Positions 48,201-57,900 of a stretch of 64,000 nucleotides of DNA are shown here, one piece after another. Origin of the DNA: Priapulus caudatus (taxonomy: Eukaryota); the NCBI RefSeq assembly GCF_000485595.1, contig NW_014577089.1:357055-421054 (forward strand). The letters run 5' to 3'. The position numbers and the translations under genes are program-made. Within the stretch, counting starts at the first letter, position 1. Each line of letters opens with the position of its first letter. The notes beneath the pieces were generated by a model. It did not search any database. It saw only the letters and a program-made list of their open reading frames with translations, and was not told the DNA's origin.

Positions 48201-51194
48201 TTAGGTAGATTTTGGCAATTTCACTATGCATTTCAGTGTTTGCCTACGGTCACGATAACTCAAGAAACTGTTTGACCCACATGTTTCAAATTGAATACAG
48301 TGTTACTCCTATGGAGAGATTTAACTTCCTATTTTGGAGTACGCCAGTCGACCTACCTTCGCGACCACGCCCACCTTTTGGCAAAATGAAAAATGCGCAT
48401 CTAAATTCATTCGATTTTGTTAAATTTTGGTATGTGAAAGTGTAGGTAGCCTCTAAACAGTTGTTACTCCTATGGGAGAGATGACATACGTCCTATTACG
48501 TTTATTTCGTCTAACTGGTCAACAACTCTACCAATCATACCTATATACGCTGTAATATTGTGTTTTAGATCTTCGTTACAGTATTTGACTGGATATTTTA
48601 TGTTTTAGCTCATCTGACATAGTCAGATGCAGCTTGTAGAATCGCTTGATCGTCCGTCGTCCGTGCCGTCCGTCCGTCCGTCTCGTGCGCAACAGTTGGG
48701 CACAAATCTTAACGTCGACGTACCGTCACGATATTCGGGCACATCGGGGGGATCGTCAAAACGAGTTGGGATTCGAAGCTCTGGGGGTCAAAGGTCAAAG
48801 GTCAAGAGGTGTAAAAGAAGGGGAACATTCGCACTCCTTAACTTAGGTATAGGAAGGAAATGCATAATTGCGGCAGCAAATCTAAACGGCTCGACCAGGC
48901 TCGTGATAGTCGGTGTATGGCATCATGGTAGGAAAGCCATCACTGTGCCGAAATTGGAGGTCCCAGGTCAAAGGTCAGTGGGCCAGGGCCGATTTTAGAC
49001 ATTTTCTGAGGACATGCGTCTGACGGAGCGATTGAAAAACTTTTTGTTTCAGCGGTGACCTAGCATTTTATGGCTTTATTGAAGGGACGCATGGAAATGT
49101 CCCTTCTGCTGACATGCGAAGAGTAAGTGTCGATAACCTTTTGACCCTCAAGAGGAGGGTTAAACATGGATTTGTTCACTGTCAACAAAGGACTGAACTG
49201 CTTTGCTATTATTAGAGCCCATACTGTGTCAATGTGAGGCTACAAGTTGCACAGTTAATTGCAAAGGCAAATGTTTGTTGAACAAGGTTTACGCTCCTTA
49301 AATCATATGATTTCTAAAGCAGTGTGTCTATAGCACCTGCCATTAGGCCTGCAGGCTGATCAGTGAATGCTCACAAGGCAAAACACAGGCAGCCCATGCT
49401 GCACGCTTCTTATCATAATTGTTGCGCTGCCAACCTGCAATGCACTGTTCACTCACAGCTGAGAACTGCCTGAATATACTTACTGGATTTTAGCCTGTAC
49501 CTACTGTACGATTTGAGGGAACGATGCCATCTTTGATTATTGATTACACTTGCACGCGCCATCGTGGGCAACTATAGGCCTAGTTAAATTAGATTTATTC
49601 TCATGTAACTTTGTAAACGAATAATAATAACTAGTACCATATTTAATATATAATATTTACTTTTCATCTTGAATCTTAACATATATCATGTAGCTATGGC
49701 CGTGCGTATCATTTTACCAGTGTGGCGAACATAAGCTGTTACCATAGAAATATTAGAGACACTATATATTATGATTTCTATGACTGTTACACTCAGGGCA
49801 TAGGAAGAAAGCATTAATTAAGGGGCAGTAAAAGGCATCATCGCTGGTTTTAATTTTTTTAATATAATTAAGAGAGAGAGAGAAAGTAAGATAAAGGAGA
49901 AGGAGAGTATGTAAATTGAGACCGGGTACAGGAGAACGGTGATACGGTGGTGTATGCGAGCGGAAGCGGGCGTACATATTAGGTCGTTGCGCAGATGTTG
50001 TGCAAGGGATGGGAGGTGGGAGGCGCGGGAGCGAGGTCGAAGGTAGGGGTGAGGAGACTGGAGGTAAGGGGGGAAGTGAGAGGCAAGAGGAGTGAAGTGA
50101 CGAGCAGGGGGAGGGAGGTGGGACGCACGTGGGGAGTGGAGGGGGAGAGAAAGGACTCCTGCCCCCTCTAATTAAACTTGAGATCCATGCTCCAATATGT
50201 TGAACTCTTTTATAGATAGTAAAAATAGATAGCTGTGAATCTATTGACACAAATTCGAAGTGAAAGGGCAAGTATCATTTAATAAAATAAACCAAAATCG
50301 CATGGAGGGGAGATAGTGAGGCGTGTCCTAACAATGAGTGTACGGCAATGCGTATCGCTGCATATCTGCGCCTAACAACTCTACAATCATACCTATATAC
50401 GTGTAATATTGTGTTTTAGATTCTTCGTTACAGTAATTTGACTGGAATATTTTATTGTTTTTATTTGTGCGATATTCAAAAACCAAAATGGCCATCATTT
50501 AGACGTAGCACCATCTCTCGTCAAGATTCCAACATTTATTTTCGCATCAAAACATGCATATATCATTATCAAGAGTATATAATGGGAGTTCTCCCATATA
50601 TACTCTTGCTTTATATATCCCCCCTTCCTCTTCTATCACACCCAAGGTGAGCTACAGTGTCATTGACACCTTCATTTTATTGAAGTTGTGTACAAAAAAG
50701 TGACTTATACACGAGTAAATACGGTAATTTTGAGTCTTTGGTCGACAAGTTACTCGCTCTGTTATCGTCCTGCACCTTGGGCAGAATCTGACCTTACTTG
50801 ATTGCTTTTTCATTTCTCATTTACAGGAAACACGACAAATCCAGCTGGCGTCAAGAGCGAGCACTCAACAATGAAACATTTGGGGTGGGCAGCACCAACG
50901 CGTATAACCGGCGTGGGTACTACCGGGGCCGCGGCGGCTACGGTGGTGGATACAGGCGCGGTGGCTACGGTTACCGCAACGATGGTTACCGCGGCGGCAA
51001 TCGTGGCAGAGGATATGGAAGAGGTAGGGTTTTGAAATATTCTTTTGTTTCTACAGTAGCTGAGAAATTTCTGTGTATACGCATGCAGTGATCTAATGTT
51101 TCGACTAGTAGATTGTAATGTGTTCCTGTTCATTGTCCCAGGTCGGGGTGCTCCACGTAACGATCTTCGACAGGCACAAGCGACTCAGGATTAA
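27111..51194 (+). CDS. LSM14: LSM14/RAP55 (Scd6/Trailer hitch family) mRNP/P-body protein, 9 coding exons, ~465 aa
   Basis: Exons 27111-27234, 32294-32469, 45293-45479, 45813-45874, 46043-46289, 46733-46900, 47311-47494, 50827-51023, 51142-51194 sum to 1398 nt in frame. LSm domain ([26 protein letters not shown]...VRSFGTEDR...[14 protein letters not shown]), FDF ([14 protein letters not shown]), FFD ([14 protein letters not shown]), TFG ([10 protein letters not shown]), RGG tail. Confidence 0.93.
27647..28193. mobile_element. Mutator-like MITE containing a tRNA-derived segment and (TTAGGG)n
   Basis: ~50-bp TIR GTTGCTCCTGCGACGGTACCGTCGCCGA...CAACTCACGGTA and its reverse complement at 28137-28189; flanking direct repeat TTCGATGAT(AGCAGTTG); TTAGGG array 28011-28048. 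Confidence 0.82.
27783..27850 (+). other. tRNA-derived (pseudo-tRNA / Pol III A- and B-box-like) segment inside a MITE
   Basis: D-arm-like AGCGCAACGGTTAGTGCGCT hairpin and T-arm-like GGGATCGAATCCC at tRNA spacing; no good acceptor stem. Confidence 0.55.
29351..29926. mobile_element. Kolobok-like MITE
   Basis: TTAA|AGGGACAGTAGCCTCTAGG ... CCTAGAGTAAACTCTTCCT|TTAA. Confidence 0.72.
30220..30562. repeat. Long inverted repeat (~155-bp arms, TA-rich ~30-bp spacer) within a Helentron-associated-type repeat starting ~30107
   Basis: AATTTCGCATGAAGGTGCG...TTTGGCACACAGG at 30220-30371 mirrored at 30404-30562. Confidence 0.82.
30596..30792. mobile_element. hAT-like MITE with 5-bp TSD
   Basis: TIR CAGGGTTCTCCAAG / CTTGGAGAACCCTG; ATAGT directly on both sides. 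Confidence 0.82.
30892..31574. mobile_element. PIF/Harbinger-like MITE (CTG TSD)
   Basis: TIR GGGCCCGTTGTCAGAAACA / TGTTTCTGACAACGGCCCC; CTG flanks; mirrored subterminal blocks. Confidence 0.8.
32294..32469 (+). CDS. LSM14: LSM14 exon 2
   Basis: [59 protein letters not shown]. Confidence 0.94.
32617..33105 (+). mobile_element. Helentron-associated element (HINE/DINE-like), 5' part
   Basis: TTAGCTCGCCTTGACATTGTCAAGATGAGCTA hairpin, (GTCC)n microsatellite, then tandem core; same family at 36800, 38811 and 47857. Confidence 0.7.
34075..34857. repeat. GT/GC-rich minisatellite (GTGCAGGTACACGTTCGTGCATAAGTGCGTGC-type)
   Basis: Degenerate ~35-40-bp unit; further arrays at 40437-41303 and 43945-44290. 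Confidence 0.8.
38373..38382. other. Assembly gap (10 N)
   Basis: Run of N. Confidence 0.99.
38746..39807. mobile_element. Harbinger-like MITE (CTG TSD) with nested HINE (~38811-39560)
   Basis: GGCCATGATAAAAATATTGTTTGTCCTCACCCGACC / GGTCGGGTGAGGGCAAACAAATATTTTTTTAATTGTGGCC; nested element starts TTTTAGCTCACCTTGAC and ends GTGAGCTACAGTGTCATTGACAC. Confidence 0.72.
40412..40436. other. Assembly gap (25 N)
   Basis: Run of N. Confidence 0.99.
40437..41303. repeat. GT/GC-rich minisatellite array
   Basis: Repeated GTGCAGGTACACGTTCGTGCATAAGTG(C/T)GTGCG. Confidence 0.85.
41303..42080. mobile_element. hAT-like MITE inserted in the minisatellite
   Basis: GGGTCGAAATTAG ... CTAATTTCGACCCCGTG ends; repeated GGGATAC subterminal motifs; satellite resumes on both sides. 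Confidence 0.68.
42135..42707. mobile_element. hAT-like element related to the 6869/46918 MITE
   Basis: CAGGGGAAAAAATACACGGGG start and TATATTTTTCCCTG end; noisy sequence. Confidence 0.55.
44405..44574. mobile_element. Harbinger-like palindromic MITE
   Basis: CCGGACACACTAGGCGA / TCGCCTAGTGTGTCCGG; noisy second copy ~34934-35124. Confidence 0.7.
44771..45175. mobile_element. TAGTG...CACTA hAT-like MITE
   Basis: TAGTGATGTCACGATC ... GATTGACAACACTA; further copies ~35335-35750, 38055-38372, 40094-40411, 43362-43760. Confidence 0.7.
45293..45479 (+). CDS. LSM14: LSM14 exon 3
   Basis: [62 protein letters not shown]. Confidence 0.85.
45813..45874 (+). CDS. LSM14: LSM14 exon 4
   Basis: [21 protein letters not shown]; supplies the required phase 1 to 0 change. 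Confidence 0.82.
46043..46289 (+). CDS. LSM14: LSM14 exon 5
   Basis: [11 protein letters not shown]...polyQ...[15 protein letters not shown]...GRRPPGRGE. Confidence 0.85.
46733..46900 (+). CDS. LSM14: LSM14 exon 6 (FDF motif)
   Basis: [55 protein letters not shown]. Confidence 0.92.
46918..47107. mobile_element. hAT-type MITE, near-identical to 6869-7057
   Basis: Alignable along its whole length with few substitutions; 17 nt downstream of the LSM14 exon 6 donor. Confidence 0.85.
47311..47494 (+). CDS. LSM14: LSM14 exon 7 (FFD box)
   Basis: [60 protein letters not shown]. Confidence 0.9.
47745..50724. mobile_element. Tc1/mariner-type MITE (TA TSD) hosting nested Helentron-associated elements
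   Basis: TA|CCGTATTTACTCGTGTATAAGTC ... GACTTATACACGAGTAAATACGG|TA; HINE 5' end at ~47857 and 3' end AAGGTGAGCTACAGTGTCATTGACAC at ~50644-50669; second HINE 5' end at ~48603. Confidence 0.85.
50827..51023 (+). CDS. LSM14: LSM14 exon 8 (TFG box, RGG)
   Basis: [46 protein letters not shown]... Confidence 0.92.
51142..51194 (+). CDS. LSM14: LSM14 last coding exon
   Basis: cccag|GT CGG GGT...[23 protein letters not shown]. Confidence 0.75.
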
Positions 51195-52378
51195 TAGGAC
51201 CAGTGTTGCCATAAATGGATCAATATATCATTAAATGGTAAGTGTTATTAATGTAAATTAAATTAATTTGTTAATTAAATGTATTTTGATTTTTTCCAAA
51301 TAAAGCAGCTGTAGCTAGTTGCCTTCGGTATTCTGCTCTTTTTTTACACGGTAATATTCACACGGTCCTTTGGTTCACATAAGCGAATGTTGGATCTATT
51401 GCAGGAAAATCTTTAAAGATTTTGAGACTGCCAGCCTTTGTGCACGAGTGATTCACCACACTTGGCGAACCAGAAGTTAATCGGCAAGCTACAGCTAATG
51501 CATCCCTGTGCTGCTAGAATTAATGGGAGCATACCAAATCGGTTCTTCGGTTTGTATTTATTATTAATGTAGCGTGCCTGTCCTGTGGGTAGCTACCCAG
51601 GTTTCCTGCACACAGTTTTGTTTAAGTGATTGAAGGCGACACGTTGGTCGTGGCTGTGCCGGCTTGCTCTCTCACCATTGTCGCTCTTTGCTGATCATTT
51701 GGTGGCGTTTGTGTTTGTACAGAGAGAATTACTTTTGCCAGTTAAATATTGCATATTTTTGGTGAGATTTGGCATGACTGTAGACAAGAGCATGTCTTCA
51801 CAATCTTGGACGGCAATCGTCGTCATATGTACAGAAGTGGAGTGGGTTGTATTACAAGAAGCTCCCGGTTATGTTGGTGCGAGGTTGTAATTTGAAGTTA
51901 GGATGGTTGCCTGAAGAAGGTTTAGTAAGAGCGGCTATCCTGATTGTGTAAATTATTAAGATTTTTTGGAGGATGACTGAGTACGAGTGTTGCTTCATTG
52001 CGAAATTGTGCAAGAAGTTTGCATTACTAACAGCTTTCATTTGAAATATGAAGCCAAAAAGGACGTGAAGACATATGTTCATATGTGCGACTGGAATCCG
52101 GAATCTATACGAGTTGTGATTTTCCGAATCCAAGTAGACTTGTGTTGTTTTAGCAACAGCAGCAGCGTGGAATTTGCCACGTAATTGATTGAATAGTCTG
52201 TTGTCGAGGTTGGTGTATTAACATGCTGTTGCAGGCTATTGTCAGACCTAGTGAGCCAACCCCTGATTCCTTTGTGTAATGTTAATTATATTGGGTAATG
52301 GCAAAGAATATTGTAATTTCCATGCGTGAACGGACATGGCCTTGCTTTTGTTAGCTAGAAATCATGCTTGCGACTGAC

Positions 52379-52384
52379 AATAAA
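52379..52384 (+). terminator. Candidate LSM14 polyadenylation signal
   Basis: AATAAA followed by GT-rich TGTGTTGTTTGG about 1.2 kb after the stop codon. Confidence 0.55.
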
Positions 52385-54143
52385 AAGTAAAAAATGTGTT
52401 GTTTGGTCTAACGTCTATAGCATAGAAATTATTCTTTGTATTGTTCATAGACATTCGAGTTTCTCTATGGATATATCACACATTGCTAACTCCTGGCAGT
52501 GCAAGTTGTATCATCTTCTTGATTGATTGGCAGGAGTTGTAAGGAGTATTATTCTAACCGCAGAATCTCATGCAGTTAGTTAAGTTGGTGTTGATACCAG
52601 CTCAGATTAGCTACCTTTTGCGCAGTACAAATGAAAAAATGATAGTCATTGATGTTATGATTGCCTATTTACCACTGAGTTAATGAACCATTCTGGTTAT
52701 TTCACATGCCATGACATCGCATTTGGAAGCGATGATGCCTTTTGAGTTTTATCTGTTAACAGTTTCATTTAGATTTCATTGTTTAATTACCTTCAGGACA
52801 ACAGCTAAGCATGTTAATTGTGCATAGGGTTTAAAGTAGTCCTTAAATGGGATTACTTCTGCAACCCATCCCATGTACAGATATTACCAAAAACAACAAA
52901 AATAAACTGATCTTTTTCCCCAGCAAAAATTGTTGTCTTTCATTGGGTTATTTCTGCTATTGTAACTCGTAAAGAACGTGCAGTGTTGAATGAAACTGAA
53001 CTGAATACAGAACAGTAAACAGTGCAAAGACAGCACGGTTCAGGAGACTTCTAGCTGTACACACCATCCTCTGACCCACAGACTTCTGCAGCACTGCACA
53101 TAACTTAGATAGGTGACAATGATTGGTACTTCAGTTGTGTGGAGGAAATTCCATCAAATCTAATTAAAACAAGTTAAATACAACTCAGTAAATAACTAAA
53201 TTAAATGATAGTAAGGAGGACAGTGGTGCTATATAATTCATATTAGTGAAACATCGACGGTATGACAGTTTCAATACTGCTGAAGCAACGTTTACAACCA
53301 ATTGCCAAAATCGATTCTTTATAATTGCCGTTTCGAGAACCTATATATCTGGCCTATATGCTCTGCATATACCATTTTTAGCTCATCTGACATAGTCAGA
53401 TGCAGCTTGTAGAATCGCTCACCACTGACAAATCTATATACTTTGCATAGTGAACTTCCAAGCTGTTGTCACTTTTTTACACATACATAATGGAAAAGCC
53501 ATACCATGAATGCATAATAATAATTGTAGGCGTCTCCAATGCTCTGTATTATTAATTTAGGCTCTTGTAATTTTATTATATACCTATATGATGACCCTCA
53601 CCAAGCCAAAGACCAACAATATCACGTGTGGTTAACGGTTTCCGACCTGAACCCCCTAAACATCTTATGTCGTCCCATCTTCTTTAGTCAAAAAAATAAA
53701 TAACAAGATCCATAAGAGAAATAATAGTGAATTCGGACACAGTTCGTGCGGTGCAAAGGCAGCAACGCGGCAGGGGCCTCGAAGTCGTCGGACATGGTTC
53801 GTAAAAATAAAATTATTTTCAAGAAATCAAAATGTTTTACCTACCTAACCCTACGCCTATTTTTTTTTTCGGCATTAACGGTAACATGCACACATACATT
53901 TCTGTTTTGCCTAACGTATACATAGAGACAACTCGCAAAACTGCAGGAGTATACAGATGTATACGTTGATTAATATATTATTATATCCTTATGTTGGATG
54001 CCATGACAAAAAAAGAGGAAAAGATTGATATCCTCTTAACGCATAGTACGGCAGGTTTTATTTTAACCAACCTCGTTTTTTTTTAAACCAGTGGCGCAAC
54101 CTATCTTTTTCCGCCGTTCATCTAGATTCAATATATGCCACAA

Positions 54144-54975
54144 TTAGATCCTCCTCTCCTCAGAACCAACATCTAATCATGTCCCCGCGGTTTGCTCGAA
54201 GTCCCCACCTCAAAGAAGTGGTTAGCGCTCTTCTTGGCGCCACCACACCCAGTTGGTGGTGTTCAGCTTGAATGCGCACAGGAAGTTGCTCACGGCTGCT
54301 CTACAGTTGGGACCAACGTAAACGAGCGCTCCGGTGGCACAACTCTCCCTCAATGCAGATGGAATGGGCCGCAACTTGCCAAAGTAGAGCTTCTCAATCA
54401 CGCAGCATTGCGATTATTGTACCCGGCATTGTGTTAACCTTCTGCAAAGCCTCTTTGTAGACGAGATCGTCGTGACACCTCTTGTAGGTTAGATCAGGCC
54501 CCAGCAGACTGTACGGCTCACGCAAGCGCAGCATCTGCGATGGTAGCCTTGTTCAAGACGCACGAAGAACGCTATTGTTGATCTGAGCGCAGACGCAGCA
54601 GCTGCAAGCGTCTTCCTTACACGCGGTGGAAGCGCCATGCGCATCCGCGCGAAGTGGTTCCGCGCGATTACGATAAGCAACCTATTGTTGGGGCGCTGGT
54701 ACATGAAAGTTGGCCTTTAAGGCGCGCTTGCGTGTCGTCAGACCTGATGAGCATCCTCTCTCTGCGGGTGCGATACTGGCCTTGACGTACTGCTCCAGCG
54801 CGCTTTGAAGTACTTGCTCGCCCACTCTCTTTGCCGTGTTTTCTTTCTCTTCATTCCCTGAAGCTTGTTGTCTGGAGGCGCTTGGGCCTTCAAGCTCGGG
54901 CTAACTGCTTCCGCTTCTTAGCGACTCGATCGGGTACCCTGCGGTAACTGTCTTCTTGTCTTGTGCTCGTCTCAT
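54144..54975 (-). pseudogene. RPL7: Intronless ribosomal protein L7 (uL30) family sequence, heavily frameshifted (retrocopy, or intact gene obscured by read errors)
   Basis: Minus-strand peptide fragments in shifting frames, collinear with RPL7: VAKKRKQLA, EQYVK, KANFHVPA, LPPRVRKT / LQLLRLR / QINN, LNKATI, QMLRL.EPY, DLVYK, YVGPN, VSNFLCAFKLN, KK..NHF, NRGD. Confidence 0.78.
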
Positions 54976-57900
54976 GGTTTGGTGTCGAAAAAGTAAATAG
55001 CACATATTGTGCGCATAAGGCACACATTGCCACAAGGTCACCATAACCCAGTATGGTTAAACTTAAGTACAAATGAAACCCCCGACGGCTACACAACGCA
55101 CAAGATGCACTTTTGGATGACGCAAATCGCGGCGGCGCATTTATGAAACAAGACACGACAGCACACGACCATGGTTTGATATTGAATAGAAACTGACTGT
55201 AAATAAACGGCAAACGAAGGTGTATACGAATGATGACACCGTGCGAATAGAACAACAAGTGACACTCCGCCGCCTATCTACAGCTTAATCGTCGACCGTA
55301 AATACGTACCACAGAAAAAACGCTCAACTTGCAGTTCCGTTCAAACACAGCACTGCTAATTACCTGACTTTAACAATTAAACCTCATCACAGTCCCAGCT
55401 TGCTACTTTAACCACTCATCACGCACCATCCTCTCTACACACTCCCTAGCGACGAAAACCAGTTTTCAGTAAAAAACTGTCGTATGAACACCGCCGGGCA
55501 CCGTTTTTTTTTTTCCGGGCCTGACCTTTCGCACGCTGCCCTTATAATGGCCGCACCACTAAACCGACAGGATAAAAAAAAAAGAAAAAAAGAAGAGGAA
55601 AGGGCAGGGGAAAAACAAAAAAAAAAAGCGGGGGAAAAACAAAAAAAAGAAAGAAAAAAAAAAACCACACAAAAAAAACAGTGCAGGATACTAAAAAGGA
55701 AGATGGGGCGCGCATTCGGCGTGTGGCAATCGAATGCTGTCTTCTTAAACTGCGATATATAGCGCCGTCCTCGTACCCGATGGTAAGGGTTTATTATTTC
55801 AGTATACTTGAATCAACCAGAGGGCTGACAGTGTGTTAGGGCGAAAATGGGCACTAGAAGAAGTTTTCGTGTTAAAGCAGTTACCTATTAATAGCAGCAA
55901 ATCTGGACCTTCAGAGCCGAGTTGACTCTATTTAGCCGAAGACTTTAGCAATGTCTCAATTTCACAACCGATTTGCCGTAGCCAGGGTTTTGAAAGATGT
56001 AAGGTTTTTTTTTTTTTTAAAAAAGTCAGTATTATTTCTTTAGAGTAGTAATACTAATAGTCACGCCGCGCGCGTACTCTTGGGCCAGTATTCCTCATAA
56101 GAATGGTACCCGCTATCAAAGGTGACAAAACGCTGTGTCACTGCACGCGCATTGCACAACGATTTATAGCTCAAAATTAAAGGCTAAAGGTCCCGCTAAT
56201 ATCAGCAATAGTAGGTAAAGTGGGAAAAGTGTTTGTTCTATGTACTTGCATCTGTCCTAGAACTGAATAAATCAGTGATGGTTATAGACTACGTTACTCA
56301 ACCGTTAGTACGCGAGCCGGCAACGCAAGCACTACACCCACTATAGATAGACTGCGACCAGCTTATACGTGCCACTGCAACACACGTATAGCTATGTGGG
56401 ATACCCTACGGCCCACAGCAGAGTGTTATCGCTAATCCTCCAATGCCCAAGCGAACATAAGTCTCACACCCTCCACACCAGAATCATTTAGCAGGTCGGA
56501 CACTTCACTAGACGGCTCAATGCAAGACTACGCTCACGCACGCACTCGAAACTATGATACAACCACACTATGTCTAGCGCATTGGCACACACTTACGCTT
56601 TACAATACGCACTGAACTTGAATCATTTCATCTACGTGCGTGCACGCTATGAATGTCCGTGTAGCGGCACAAACATACCGAATATAGTCATTGTTAACGC
56701 TAATCGGTAAACTAATCTCAGCAGCAGCGCAAGCACACGACGCAGACATCCGCACAAAAAAATGGTCTGTCTTCATTGCACATTTGTCAACCAATGAAAT
56801 CACTTCCGTTAACTTTATCGGCCGTGTCCAATGTTCAATATATCTTGGTCGCCATGTGCTAGTGGTCCCGGCTTTAAATTTTATATTATTCCGCGAGTGA
56901 ATCTGAAACTTAACGCGAGGACAGTGCATTCTCATTGGCGCGATCGAAATGACATATGGGGCCAAACACATATAGCCGAGAACCTATCACCTATCTTTAC
57001 TATAGCGGATGATAGTTAGATTGTAGCAATCGGAGAAAGAGGAAGAAATCGTTGATAACTGACAACAAGCTCGGGTGCACTCCTCTTGGCAGATGTCATT
57101 CAAGCACTAGAGATATACAAACAAGAAGGTCCATGATTACCGAATGAGAAAATTTTTTTAATGGCCTCGGATATACCTCCCTCCCACCGCCGCCACGTTG
57201 CACACCCGGTGATGGTCAGGCAGAGGTAAACACCACAGTCGGCGACGCTGGCAATTGCGCACCTATCCAAATCCCCCCCAACAGCATAAATGTTTGTCGT
57301 CGCAGAGACAATTTATCTCGAGAGTGAGTACTGACCACCACCGAATACAGATGACCCACGGCACAAACCTCTATGGAGATATACCGTCTTTTTGTGCGCA
57401 ACCTTATCTAAACCAAATATCACCTACGTACACGGCCCACTCTGCCACGCGTCGGTCAGCAGCAGCCCACAGGCACTTGGAACGTTTTCAATATGGGTAT
57501 CAAATAAAAAATATTGGTAAAGAAACCACGAATAGATTTATTACGCAAAGTCTTTAATGTTTCTCAGTCCTCTTCCGGCCACTGATTATTGCCTATTCAG
57601 TAAAGTACATTTCGTGTTTATTGTACCCATATTTCGTTTTATTGGAAACGTTTCAAGTGCATGTGAGCAGACAAGCAGTAGCGATCGTCTGTCGCGCGTG
57701 ACGCTGCATTACCGTGCGCGCGAAAGCTTTTTATGTCTATTCGCCCATTCGTGTGCGTGCGAGCGCGAACAATAGACCGCGTGTTACGATGTGCGACTGA
57801 CACGCACCTACGTCTTGTAGGTTGCGATTGACTCGTACCGCCCTCCGCGGCAATATTATGCATATTGCGTGCTCCCCCTTCCAGCTGGCACCTTGCTGCC

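Noticed and set aside
55484..55762. Lys-rich 92-aa ORF
   Set aside because: Poly-A-rich low-complexity stretch within low-quality sequence.
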